Origin: Chitinophagales bacterium
GTDB lineage: Bacteria > Bacteroidota > Bacteroidia > Chitinophagales > Chitinophagaceae
Direction of reading: 5' to 3'
NCBI GenBank assembly: GCA_038213975.1
Contig: JBBQSI010000001.1
Coordinates: forward strand, 1 to 33,887
Length of the DNA stretch: 33,887 nt
Shown here: piece by piece, positions 1-9,230 of the stretch
Layout of the letters: the number at the start of each line of letters is the position of its first letter
Numbering within the stretch: position 1 is the stretch's first letter
Notes under the pieces: model-generated
Told to the model about the DNA's origin: nothing
The model's database searches: none
The model's input: the letters and a program-made list of their open reading frames with translations, nothing else
Made by a program: the position numbers and the translations under genes

Positions 1-1
1 G

Positions 2-1948
2 TTCCATGTAAAGCTTTGGATTTTTTGAGATCAGCAGGTAATCAACTTTTATTTTTTCACCAGTTAATTTATGGTCCAAAGCTTCATCGATTACTACCAG
101 TGTTTTACCATAAAATCCCGTAAACTTTTCATTTTTATAAAAACCGGAAGACAAGCTATCCTGCCCGCGGATATTCATTGATATCCGCGCTGGCTTTAAG
201 TGGAAATTTCTTAGTATACCGTCATTTGTGAGAATTGTATCACCGATAAAAGCATACTGCTCACCGTCAATAAAGTCAACTGCCCGGTGTGCCGGCACGT
301 TGTATACCACAATCTTTTTTTGGGATAAACTTTGATAACGATCGAAAATGAAAATGACCATAAAAAGCAGCAAAGTAATAGTGGACCACAGCAACACAAT
401 CTTGTTACGTTTAAAGAATGCCTGCAGCAATAAAAAGATAAAAATATAAAGCACTATCGTTTGCAATAATGAAAGCGATATCTCGTCCCACAATGAAAAT
501 GGCAGCGCATTAATCGTTGACACCGATTTATTGATCAGCCAAATATTTAATGAAACAAATTTTCCGGCGATCACGGCCAAAACTTCCACCGGCGAAACCA
601 CTAACAGCATAACCGATGACCACAAAGCAACCATAGTGAGTGGAATTGCCAATAGATTGGAGATAAGAAACATGAGTGGAAACTGGTGGAAATAATAAAT
701 ACACACCGGGAAAGTAAATAACTGCGCAGCAACCGACACTGACATGAGCTGCCAGAGATAATTCTTCCATTTGCTGGTAAAGATCAACCAATCCGCAATA
801 GATTTCTGAGCAACTACGATACCGGTAACAGCAAGGTATGAAAGCTGAAAACCCACATCCCACAGGAGATAAGGATTAAAACACAACAGCAGGAAAGCGG
901 AAGCTGCCATTGAATTGTAAATCGAAGATTTCTTATTAAAAAGTTTACCGACAGCAATGAAACTAAACATAAAAGCGGACCGCAACACCGACCCTGACAA
1001 ACCCGTGATGATGGCAAAACACCAAAGTGCAACGATCACTAAAATATACTTCGTGTTGGCAGAACGCTTCAGGTATGGTATCCTGGAAAACACCCAAAGC
1101 AAAATGAAATAGATTATCCCCATGTGCAAGCCGGAAATGGCGATGAGGTGAACAATGCCTGCGTTGCTGTAAGCCTGAATAAGATCCTTATCAAGGTCTA
1201 CCTTGTAACTGATAAGCATTGCCGCTGCGATCGTTTTCTGATCCTGGCCATTTATGTATTTGTACAGTATATTCTTAACGTGGCTGCGCAACTCTTGCAG
1301 TGCGACGTTGAAAGAAAATCCACGCGGGTGAGCTATTATTTTCACATGGCCTGCGGTGATATACATTTGGTGGAATAAACCATGAAAGGCAGCATAACGG
1401 CTATAGTTAAACGCTCCCGGGTTGCCGGAGTTCTTTATCGGTTGCAAGATGCCCCTCAAGGCCAGCGTATCGCCCACGGCTGGAAGCTGCGCCCCGGGAT
1501 TTTTGGCAAAGTAAACCAGGATGTTGCCAATCGTTTCCCGGGTAGATGAGTTGCTGATCACATAAATGCATTCTGCAGAAGACTTAAAAGATTTTGCTTT
1601 TGCGACAGGGGGTTCTTTTAATACAACAATCATCCTGCTTGTGGAATCAGCATAATGACCGTACCAGTTCGGCTTGTTCTGCATATTTTTATGCCAGGTT
1701 ATTAATGCACCCAGGGACACAAGCAAAAGTGAAATGGCAACTCCTCCAAGAAAGGAAAATTTGAAGCGCATCTTAATGCTGAACCAGGAAAAAATCAGAA
1801 AGAGGATAACCGAAAAGGTTGCAGCCAGTAGAAGGTAGTCAAAAGTTAAACCGGTATAATGTCCCAGTAAGATACCCGTAGCCAATGGCAACAGCAACCT
1901 TAGGAAGGGAGCCCTTTTCCAAATATAAACTTGATAATGCTTTTTCAT
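2..1948 (-). CDS. comEC: ComEC/Rec2 family competence protein (3' end runs off the window)
   Basis: Translated by hand; absent from the ORF track, probably because there is no stop in the window. ATG at 1948 (MKKHYQVYIWKRAPFLRLLLP) reads open to position 2 and contains NPGAFNY, AGIVHLIAISGLHMG, SVLRS and WDVGFQLSY motifs plus many TM segments. Confidence 0.92.
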   Translation of the reverse strand, partial: MKKHYQVYIWKRAPFLRLLLPLATGILLGHYTGLTFDYLLLAATFSVILFLIFSWFSIKMRFKFSFLGGVAISLLLVSLGALITWHKNMQNKPNWYGHYADSTSRMIVVLKEPPVAKAKSFKSSAECIYVISNSSTRETIGNILVYFAKNPGAQLPAVGDTLALRGILQPIKNSGNPGAFNYSRYAAFHGLFHQMYITAGHVKIIAHPRGFSFNVALQELRSHVKNILYKYINGQDQKTIAAAMLISYKVDLDKDLIQAYSNAGIVHLIAISGLHMGIIYFILLWVFSRIPYLKRSANTKYILVIVALWCFAIITGLSGSVLRSAFMFSFIAVGKLFNKKSSIYNSMAASAFLLLCFNPYLLWDVGFQLSYLAVTGIVVAQKSIADWLIFTSKWKNYLWQLMSVSVAAQLFTFPVCIYYFHQFPLMFLISNLLAIPLTMVALWSSVMLLVVSPVEVLAVIAGKFVSLNIWLINKSVSTINALPFSLWDEISLSLLQTIVLYIFIFLLLQAFFKRNKIVLLWSTITLLLFMVIFIFDRYQSLSQKKIVVYNVPAHRAVDFIDGEQYAFIGDTILTNDGILRNFHLKPARISMNIRGQDSLSSGFYKNEKFTGFYGKTLVVIDEALDHKLTGEKIKVDYLLISKNPKLYME

Positions 1949-2280
1949 TTGCGCAGTTGCGGCAGAGAAAAGCAGTGGGTTTCCTTAGTAAGTTATTCAA
2001 AATGTCAGAATTTTACAATATTCTCACACAACTTATTTTACCCATTCCACATACAGGGCAGCAGCAATTTATTTTTTGGAATGATTTGAAAAAAGATTCT
2101 GACTGCAAGGACCCGGAGTGAGTAATTTCTTTGATCATGTTGCTTGCTTAATAAAAACATACTTCTGAAACACAGGTGACATTCGCAGAACTCGCAGCGA
2201 GGAGTAACTCAGTTGGATTTTTCTTTTTTGATTGACGGATTGAAGATGCTGACAAGCGCTTGTAATCTGTAAATTTCTAC

Positions 2281-3529
2281 ATGGTTCTTTTTACCCGTCT
2301 AACATCTTTACTCTTTTCATTACTTATGATGGCTACGTCAAGCGCGCAGTATAATTTCTTTAAAGACCTCTTACATCAGCACGGCTCTTCACAGTTAAAA
2401 ACTATCCTGGACCAGCCGGACACTTTTCGCTACCAGCTCATTTACACAAAAATCGATCGTGACAAAAACAACAAACCACATTTCACGCAGTACAAATTGC
2501 AGGTAAACCGGGAAGAATATTTTAACCCGGCGTCAATGGTGAAGATCCCGCTGGCCTTTATGGCGCTGGAGAAAATGAATAAGCTAAAAAGCAACGGGAT
2601 TGATGAGTATTCGCCCATTCTCACCGACTGTTCCTTTAGCGGGCAATTTGCGGTAACTACGGATACCTCGGCGGAAAATGGCCTGCCTTCACTGGCGCAC
2701 TACATCAAAAAGGTATTCCTCGTCAGTAATAACGATGCCTACAACAGGCTGTATGAATTCCTCGGCCAGCAATACCTGAATGAAAGGCTGTGGAAAAATG
2801 GGATACAAAGATATTCGCATCACCAGGCGCTTTGTCCGGATGACGAAGGAAGAAAACAGGCACACTAACCAGCTCCGCTTCCTCAACGAAGGCAAAGAAG
2901 TATATACGCAACCACCCGCCAGCAGTAAAGTCAAATTCGATTTCAGTAAAAAGGTTTTAATCGGCAAAGCCCATTACGACAGGGATGAAAACCTCATAAA
3001 CGCTCCCATGGATTTTACCACCAATAACAATGTGCCACTGGAAGATCTGCAACAACTGATGCAATCTGTGTTATTTCCGGGTTCGGTGCCCAAAAAGAAA
3101 CTATTTGACCTTACGGATGAACAATACAATTTCCTGTATACTTACCTGTCAAAACTGCCGTATGAAAGTGAGTATCCAAAATATGATACCACTGAATTTT
3201 TCAGCAGCTATGCGAAATTTTTTATGTTCAAATCCGGCAAGACTGCAATTCCCGGCTATATCCGGGTTTTTAATAAGACCGGCTGGTCTTACGGATTCCT
3301 GACGGACGTGGCATACATCGTGGATTTTAAAAATAAAGTTGAATTCATGTTGAGCGGCGCGATCTACGTGAACAGTGATGGCGTACTGAATGACGATAAA
3401 TATCAGTATGACGAGACCGGCTACCCGTTTTTTAAGGAAGTGGGCAATATCATGTATGATTATGAATTACACAGGAAGCGAAAATTTCAGCCAGATCTTT
3501 CTAAATTCAAACTGGATTACACGCGGTAA
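2281..3529 (+). pseudogene. Class A beta-lactamase-like serine hydrolase split by a +1 frameshift (pseudogene or sequencing error)
   Basis: ORF 2281..2868 has a signal peptide, SxxK (PASMVK) and SNN. ORF 2780..3529 continues with KTG (NKTGWSYG). Removing one A from TGGAAAAATG (2791-2800) gives ...ERLWKMGYKDIRI... and a single ORF of about 415 aa. Confidence 0.8.
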
Positions 3530-3631
3530 GAAAACAAATATTCAAATGCAGGGGAAGCTGCACTTTGCGAATGGACTTACAAAAGCCTTACTTTTAATTT
3601 CTCATAAGTACGATTTAGATTATTTTGGATT

Positions 3632-5092
3632 ATGCAGTTTGACAAAGCGTACACTTTTCTTATAAAAAAGTTGGAGACCGAAACGCCCAAATATATTTCC
3701 TATCACAATACGGACCACACCCAGGAAGTAGTACAGTTTGCGATGGAGCTTGGAGCAAAGGAGCAGCTCACGCAAAAGGAAACTACTTTACTGAAAACAG
3801 CAGCCCTGTTCCACGATGCCGGCTATATGGAAACATACAACGGTCATGAAGAATTCTCCTGTAAAATGGCGCTGGGATGGTTACCGCAATTTAATTACAG
3901 CCAGGAAGAGATCGAAATTATCTGCACTTTGATTATGGCGACAAAAAAGCCACCTTCCCCCGGTGACAAGTTAGCCGAGATCCTATGCGACGCAAATCTC
4001 TATTACCTGGGTACAACTGATTATCGTGCAAAAGCAAACAATCTCTTCCGGGAGATGCACGAAGCCGGCATTGTAGAAGACCGGGAGCAATGGCGAAAAT
4101 CTGAGCTGAAGTTTTTAAAAGCACATAAGTTTTTTACCCCTTATGCCCTGCAACACCTGGCACCCCAACTGGAAAAGAACGCAGCATACCTGAAGGAAAA
4201 CGAAATCGGGTTCAAGCCGGAAAAAGATAAAAATAATAATGGTGATTGGTTACGCGAAGGCGCTCTGATGGTGGCCGGTGTATTGCTCGCTTCTTTTGCC
4301 CTGAAAAGCTTTCTCGTGCCGAACAAATTTTTCGACGGCGGGGTCACAGGTATCTCGCTGCTGATACACGAAAGAACTCATTTCAACCTGGGGTATGTAA
4401 TTGTACTCGCCAACCTTCCCTTTATAATCGCCTGTGCTTTCGCCGTAAACATGAAATACGCCCTCAAAACGCTGGCGTGTGTGATCATGCTGGGCCTCTG
4501 CCTGATTTTTGTCCCTTTCGACCGGGTGACCGCGGACAGGCTACTGGTGCCCATTTTTGGTGGCTTTTTCCTGGGGACGGGCGTAGGTTTAACCATGCGG
4601 GCCGGCTGCGCTATTGATGGAATAGAAATACTGGCGCTGTATACCTTGAAGAAGACGTCTTTCACTATTACGGAAATTATCCTGGCAATCAATATTTTGA
4701 TTTTTTCGGTAGCGGGATATTTCTATGGTATAGAAACTGCACTCTACTCCGCGCTTACCTATTTTACCGTTACCAAGACTATTGACTTTGTAGTGGAAGG
4801 TCTGGAAGCTTACATCGGGGTAACGATCATCTCGGGGAAAAGTGAGATCATCAAAGACAGGCTGGTAAATGAATTGGGTCGCGGCATTACGATTTATAAG
4901 GGCGAACGTGGATATCTGCCGGGCACTTTCGGCAAACATGAACAGGTGGATATTATTTTCACTGTTGTGACCAGGCTGGAGCTGAGAAAATTAAAAAACC
5001 TTGTGCACAGTATAGACGGGAAAGCCTTTGTATTCGCGAACATGATCAGGGATGCCTCGGGCGGTATCATTAAACGTCGGCACATACATTAG
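3632..5092 (+). CDS. HD-domain / YitT-family membrane protein fusion (DUF2179-like C-terminus)
   Basis: N-terminal ~190 aa has YHNTDHT, AALFHDAGY, GHEEFS and LCDANL. The C-terminal part has YitT hallmarks: FLVPNKFFDGGVTGISLL, multiple TM helices, LGRGITIYKGERG, VVTRLELRKLK and IDGKAFV. Confidence 0.85.
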   Translation: MQFDKAYTFLIKKLETETPKYISYHNTDHTQEVVQFAMELGAKEQLTQKETTLLKTAALFHDAGYMETYNGHEEFSCKMALGWLPQFNYSQEEIEIICTLIMATKKPPSPGDKLAEILCDANLYYLGTTDYRAKANNLFREMHEAGIVEDREQWRKSELKFLKAHKFFTPYALQHLAPQLEKNAAYLKENEIGFKPEKDKNNNGDWLREGALMVAGVLLASFALKSFLVPNKFFDGGVTGISLLIHERTHFNLGYVIVLANLPFIIACAFAVNMKYALKTLACVIMLGLCLIFVPFDRVTADRLLVPIFGGFFLGTGVGLTMRAGCAIDGIEILALYTLKKTSFTITEIILAINILIFSVAGYFYGIETALYSALTYFTVTKTIDFVVEGLEAYIGVTIISGKSEIIKDRLVNELGRGITIYKGERGYLPGTFGKHEQVDIIFTVVTRLELRKLKNLVHSIDGKAFVFANMIRDASGGIIKRRHIH

Positions 5093-6129
5093 TCTACCAC
5101 TTCATAGACCATTGCTGGCTGGCTCTTGTTCTTCATCCTCATTTCTTCCACTGGCTGACAGATAAAAGACTCTTTTACTTTTTCCCAACTGTTGGAGGTA
5201 ATCAATATCTGTCCAGGCCTGGCTTTGTCCTGCAGGCGCTGGGCAGTGTTTACTACGTCGCCTATTACCGTGTAATCCAATCTTTTCAAGGTAGCTGAGC
5301 CAATATTTCCTGAGATCATCTTTCCGCTGTCAATACCGATAGAAACGTGCGGTAAAAATGATGTTAGTTCTTCCTGTTGGGGAAAGTTATCGAGTTGTTT
5401 TTTTACAGCAAGGCACGCATCTATTGCACGATCAAGGTGATAGTCGCCTTTGAATACAGCTAAAATTGCGTCGCCGATAAATTTGTCAATGTTGCCATCC
5501 TGGTTGATGATCTCGTTTACCATCACGTCAAAATACTTGTTCAGGATTTTTACGACGGTGTCTGCAGGTTCTGACTCAGTGATGGCGGTAAAGCCGCAGA
5601 TATCGATGAACACAACAGTTGCGTCAATTTCTTCATTGGACATTAGTTGCGATTCGAACTCCCGCCCATTCATAAAGTTGAGCACCGTTTTATCTACGTA
5701 CAACTTCAGGATGTTATTTTCCTTTACTGCATTCAACGATTTATGCAATTGCTTTACATGTTGCAATGTCTTTTGAATAGTGATCCCAAGATCTTCAAAG
5801 TTTACCGGCTTGCAAACGAAATCAAATGCCCCGCGGTTCATGGCAGTCCGGATATTTTCCATATCTCCGTAGGCAGATACGATTACCGCCTTTGTGAGGT
5901 AATTCAGTTCACCCATTTTAGTCAGCAGCGTCAGTCCATCCATCTCCGGCATATTGATATCACTCAGCAACACCTCGATTCCCGGATCTTCCTTCAATAT
6001 TGCCAAGGCCTCGATTCCATTTGCAGCGAATGAAAACTCATATTTTCCTTCGCGTATTTCTTTGCGGAATTTCTGCTTTATGAGAATCTCAAGATCGGCC
6101 TCGTCATCAGCAACTAAGATCTTAGCCAT
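5089..6129 (-). CDS. Response regulator receiver fused to class III adenylate/guanylate cyclase
   Basis: REC motifs ADDE, SDINMPEMDG, SAYGD and KP. Cyclase motifs VFIDICGFT, IDKFIGDA and DYTVIGDVVNTAQRLQ. Lys/Thr at the specificity positions suggest ATP as substrate. Confidence 0.92.
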   Translation of the reverse strand: MAKILVADDEADLEILIKQKFRKEIREGKYEFSFAANGIEALAILKEDPGIEVLLSDINMPEMDGLTLLTKMGELNYLTKAVIVSAYGDMENIRTAMNRGAFDFVCKPVNFEDLGITIQKTLQHVKQLHKSLNAVKENNILKLYVDKTVLNFMNGREFESQLMSNEEIDATVVFIDICGFTAITESEPADTVVKILNKYFDVMVNEIINQDGNIDKFIGDAILAVFKGDYHLDRAIDACLAVKKQLDNFPQQEELTSFLPHVSIGIDSGKMISGNIGSATLKRLDYTVIGDVVNTAQRLQDKARPGQILITSNSWEKVKESFICQPVEEMRMKNKSQPAMVYEVVD

Positions 6130-6502
6130 TGATTTTTGCGTTTAATTTTTCTCTCAAAATAGAGAAATCGATTGGTTTGGTAAGAAAATCGTCCGCTCCA
6201 AGCGACATCGCCTGCTTGTAATTTTCATCATCCCCGTAAGCCGTTATCATCATCACAATCGGCGGCGGATTTTCATATCGTTTCTTGATGGTCTGTAATA
6301 GTTGCAGGCCACTGATGCCGGGCATGTTGATGTCAGAGAGTATAAGCACTGCTTCGTGATTATGTTTCTCTAAATAAAACAAGGCCTCTTCCCCGGAATT
6401 GGCAAAAAAGAACTGGATCTTATTATCCCTGATCTCCTTCCTGAAGCGTTGTTGAAAAAGCGTTTCCATGTCTTTCTCATCGTCAACTACTAGCACATTC
6501 AT
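6122..6502 (-). CDS. Single-domain (CheY-like) response regulator
   Basis: VVDDE, SDINMPG, TAYGD and KP motifs; overlaps the start of the cyclase gene by 8 nt. Confidence 0.93.
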   Translation of the reverse strand: MNVLVVDDEKDMETLFQQRFRKEIRDNKIQFFFANSGEEALFYLEKHNHEAVLILSDINMPGISGLQLLQTIKKRYENPPPIVMMITAYGDDENYKQAMSLGADDFLTKPIDFSILREKLNAKING

Positions 6503-6513
6503 AATTTAATCAT

Positions 6514-7881
6514 TTACTTGTTATAAACTGCCGAAAGCGTTACAATAAATTCTGCAAACTCTCCTTCCCGGGTATTTACTTCTATTTTTCCGTCGTGGCC
6601 CTGTGTAATGATCTCATAGCTTAGCGATAGTCCGAGGCCTGTTCCCTGTCCCGTCGGCTTGGTAGTAAAAAATGGCTGAAAAATTTTATCCAGTGCCCTT
6701 TCACTTATTCCGTTCCCATTGTCATGAACCTTTATCACTACCGTGTCGTCTTTTTTCATGGTCGTCACCTCCACAGTTGGATGATAATCTTCCCCTGAAT
6801 CTTTCTTCTTATCGGCTACCGCATAAAAAGCATTGGTGAACAAATTTAAAAATGCCCGGCCTATATCCTGTGGAATCACCATTATTTTTCCAATCTTTTC
6901 GTCAAAGGTGGTTTTAATATTCGCGTTAAAGCTTTTGTCTTTTGCACGCAAGCCGTGATAGCTTAGCCTGATATATTCATCTGCAAGTGAATTGATATCT
7001 GTTGGCTCCTTCAGCCCGGAACTCGCCCGGGAATGCTGTAGCATCCCTTTTACAATGCCATCGGCGCGACGGCCATGATGGATAATCTTAGAGCCATTTT
7101 CCCGAATGCTTTTGGCGATGTCAAAAGCCTCCTCCAGGTTTCCGGATTTTATTTCCGACTCCATTTCATCCAACAATTCATTATTTACTTCAGAAAAATT
7201 GTTGACGAAATTCAGCGGATTTTGAATTTCGTGCGCAATCCCAGCGGTCAATTCACCGAGCGAAGCCATTTTTTCAGAATGTATTAGTTGTGTTTGTGCT
7301 GCCTGCAGTTCGAGCAGGGCATTTTCAAGTTCGTTTTTTTGCTGGGTTATCTCCGCAGTGCGTTCCACCACTATTCGCTCCAGCTCGTCCTTTTGCGCTT
7401 CCATGAAACGGGCCCGCTGCTGTTCTTCCCTGGCTTTCTCCCTTTCTTTCTCCAGGGCTTTGTTTTGTTTGCCCGAACGGATAACCAGCGTTACCATCCA
7501 GGTGATGGCTACCGTATAGACGATGCCAAAATAGGTCTCGGTATTTTTTTTAAATGCCGGCGCGGCAAATTCCATGATATCTTCTACCGTGGTAAGAATC
7601 ACAAAAGGAAGGACAGCATAAACTAACGTGCGTAAAGGCTGAAACCTTGGCATGGTAAGCATGCAGTAGACTGCTACCGCCATGCTCGCATGCCACAGCC
7701 ATACAAGCTTATGACCAAAGGGCAGGGTTACCTCCAGCGATAGGAGAACTCCGCAACCGATCATGATATAAAGCAGGGCCCTGTCCCAGCTTTTATCAGG
7801 CGAATACTGCCGGAAATTTCTTCGGGCAGCCCTGGCTAAAAAAAATATGACGAACGCTTCTCCTGACATAGATAGTGCCAA
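6514..7881 (-). CDS. Membrane sensor histidine kinase (NtrB-like HisKA/HATPase_c)
   Basis: Several N-terminal TM helices and a coiled coil, H-box TAGIAHEIQNPLNF, N-box NLFTNAFYA, DNGNG and FFTTKPTGQGTGLGLS. Alternative ATG start at 7869. Confidence 0.92.
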   Translation of the reverse strand: MALSMSGEAFVIFFLARAARRNFRQYSPDKSWDRALLYIMIGCGVLLSLEVTLPFGHKLVWLWHASMAVAVYCMLTMPRFQPLRTLVYAVLPFVILTTVEDIMEFAAPAFKKNTETYFGIVYTVAITWMVTLVIRSGKQNKALEKEREKAREEQQRARFMEAQKDELERIVVERTAEITQQKNELENALLELQAAQTQLIHSEKMASLGELTAGIAHEIQNPLNFVNNFSEVNNELLDEMESEIKSGNLEEAFDIAKSIRENGSKIIHHGRRADGIVKGMLQHSRASSGLKEPTDINSLADEYIRLSYHGLRAKDKSFNANIKTTFDEKIGKIMVIPQDIGRAFLNLFTNAFYAVADKKKDSGEDYHPTVEVTTMKKDDTVVIKVHDNGNGISERALDKIFQPFFTTKPTGQGTGLGLSLSYEIITQGHDGKIEVNTREGEFAEFIVTLSAVYNK

Positions 7882-7933
7882 TGCGTAAGATTTAAATGGC
7901 CGCCCGGCTTTGCAAAAAAAGGCATTTCCGACG

Positions 7934-8197
7934 TTAAGTTGCGTTTTGATTCCTTTCAGGCAAAATCAAACTGAATTCCGTGTATTCTCCCTCTTTCATG
8001 TTCACCTTCATTTCTCCACCATGGCTTTTTGTGACGATATCATAGCTAAGAGACAGCCCCAGGCCAGTGCCCTGGCCGGAAGGTTTGGTAGTAAAAAAAG
8101 GCTGAAAGATCTTATCCATATTCTTTTGCGGTATTCCCATACCATTATCTTTCACGACAATTTCTATATACTTCGGCAAGCGGCGTGTCTTCAACAT
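7934..8197 (-). pseudogene. C-terminal HATPase_c fragment of a third histidine kinase
   Basis: Only KDNGMG...KIFQPFFTTKPSGQGTGLGLSLSYDI and the tail are present; no H-box or N-box upstream. Confidence 0.8.
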
Positions 8198-8480
8198 TGA
8201 AATAAAAAAGATTAAGTTTTGAGAAGAACCACATAAAGCAACTGAATCTTAGCAATGAATGAATATTGTATAAGGGATTGTTGCTGACATAGAATTCATT
8301 TCTAAACCTATTATTTTCAGCAATCCCATCTATGAAAACATTTAGTATAAGGGCAGCCCACAAATAAAAAATTACCGGCCGCATTTGTTTGGGCTGTTTG
8401 TTCCAATGTAAAACATAGAGGGGAATCAGCAAGGCCCACACCTCCGAAAGATCTAGAAATCCATTAAATAACCCGGGCAT
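8145..8480 (-). pseudogene. Truncated multi-pass membrane protein
   Basis: About three hydrophobic segments (EVWALLIP, VIFYLWAALILNVFID, NNPLYNIHSLLRFSCFMWFF). The sequence then switches near 8200 into out-of-frame kinase DNA. Confidence 0.55.
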
Positions 8481-8799
8481 CTATAAAATATTCATTCAGG
8501 AAATATGGGCTTTTGCCTCTGCAACAATCAGGACGTAAATGTAAACATAACAGTCCCGGTTGTTAATCACCTTCGAATCAGGGTGATACTTATTGTCACT
8601 TCTCCAGGTTCGCACTCTATGATCTTCTGCTTTTTGTTATGAAATCTTTTCGCAACAGATTACTGTTTCAGGCGTTTCCAAATTGAATCCGGGAGATGCT
8701 CCAATAATCCGATGATCTCCCACGGAGGAAAAAGCCTGAATACTTCACCACCGTATGGCGCATTGTAAAATCAAGTTTATTTTCGGATCGTGGGCGGTG

Positions 8800-9116
8800 A
8801 TATTTCAGCTTCATTAGCAGGCCGTCGAATCGGGCATCGTCACGCGAGATTATCGTAATCCGGATACTTTTCTATAAAGTATTTTTTTCCGAAGCCTTTA
8901 TAGCCGCTTCCTCAAGCATATCAAGTGCCCGTTCGTTTTCGCCCATAATTGAAAAAAACATGTTCCGTTTATGAGTGCACCAATATCTTCAGGATCGAGC
9001 TCAATTGTTTTAATCATCCAATCTAATGTTTCTTCATTATGGCCAAGCTGAAGCAGTTTGCCAGGTACCAGGCTCAGTGCCCGCCTGTCGCCGGGATTAA
9101 GATTCATCTGCCGCAA
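8800..9116 (-). pseudogene. Decayed TPR-protein C-terminal remnant
   Basis: Stitching frames gives LDWMIKTIELDPEDIGALINGTCFF / SIMGENERALDMLEEAA / KGFGKKYFIEKYPDYDNL / RDDARFDGLLMKLK. This needs about three frameshifts and has no N-terminus. Confidence 0.6.
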
Positions 9117-9230
9117 GTTGACGAGATTGTGATATAGTTATGTGAAAGGAATTTCGTGAAAGATGAAAACAAATTTCAGGGTAAAAAATCAAACGGAAAA
9201 TGAGACTGATAGCGGAAGAAAAAAGTGTCA

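Noticed and set aside
166-189. 9-bp inverted repeat CGCGGATAT/ATATCCGCG
   Set aside because: It lies inside comEC coding sequence, appears once and has no U-tract, so it is compatible with chance.
211-2121. Short ORFs listed in the first 2 kb
   Set aside because: They are alternate-frame or antisense shadows of the long comEC frame.
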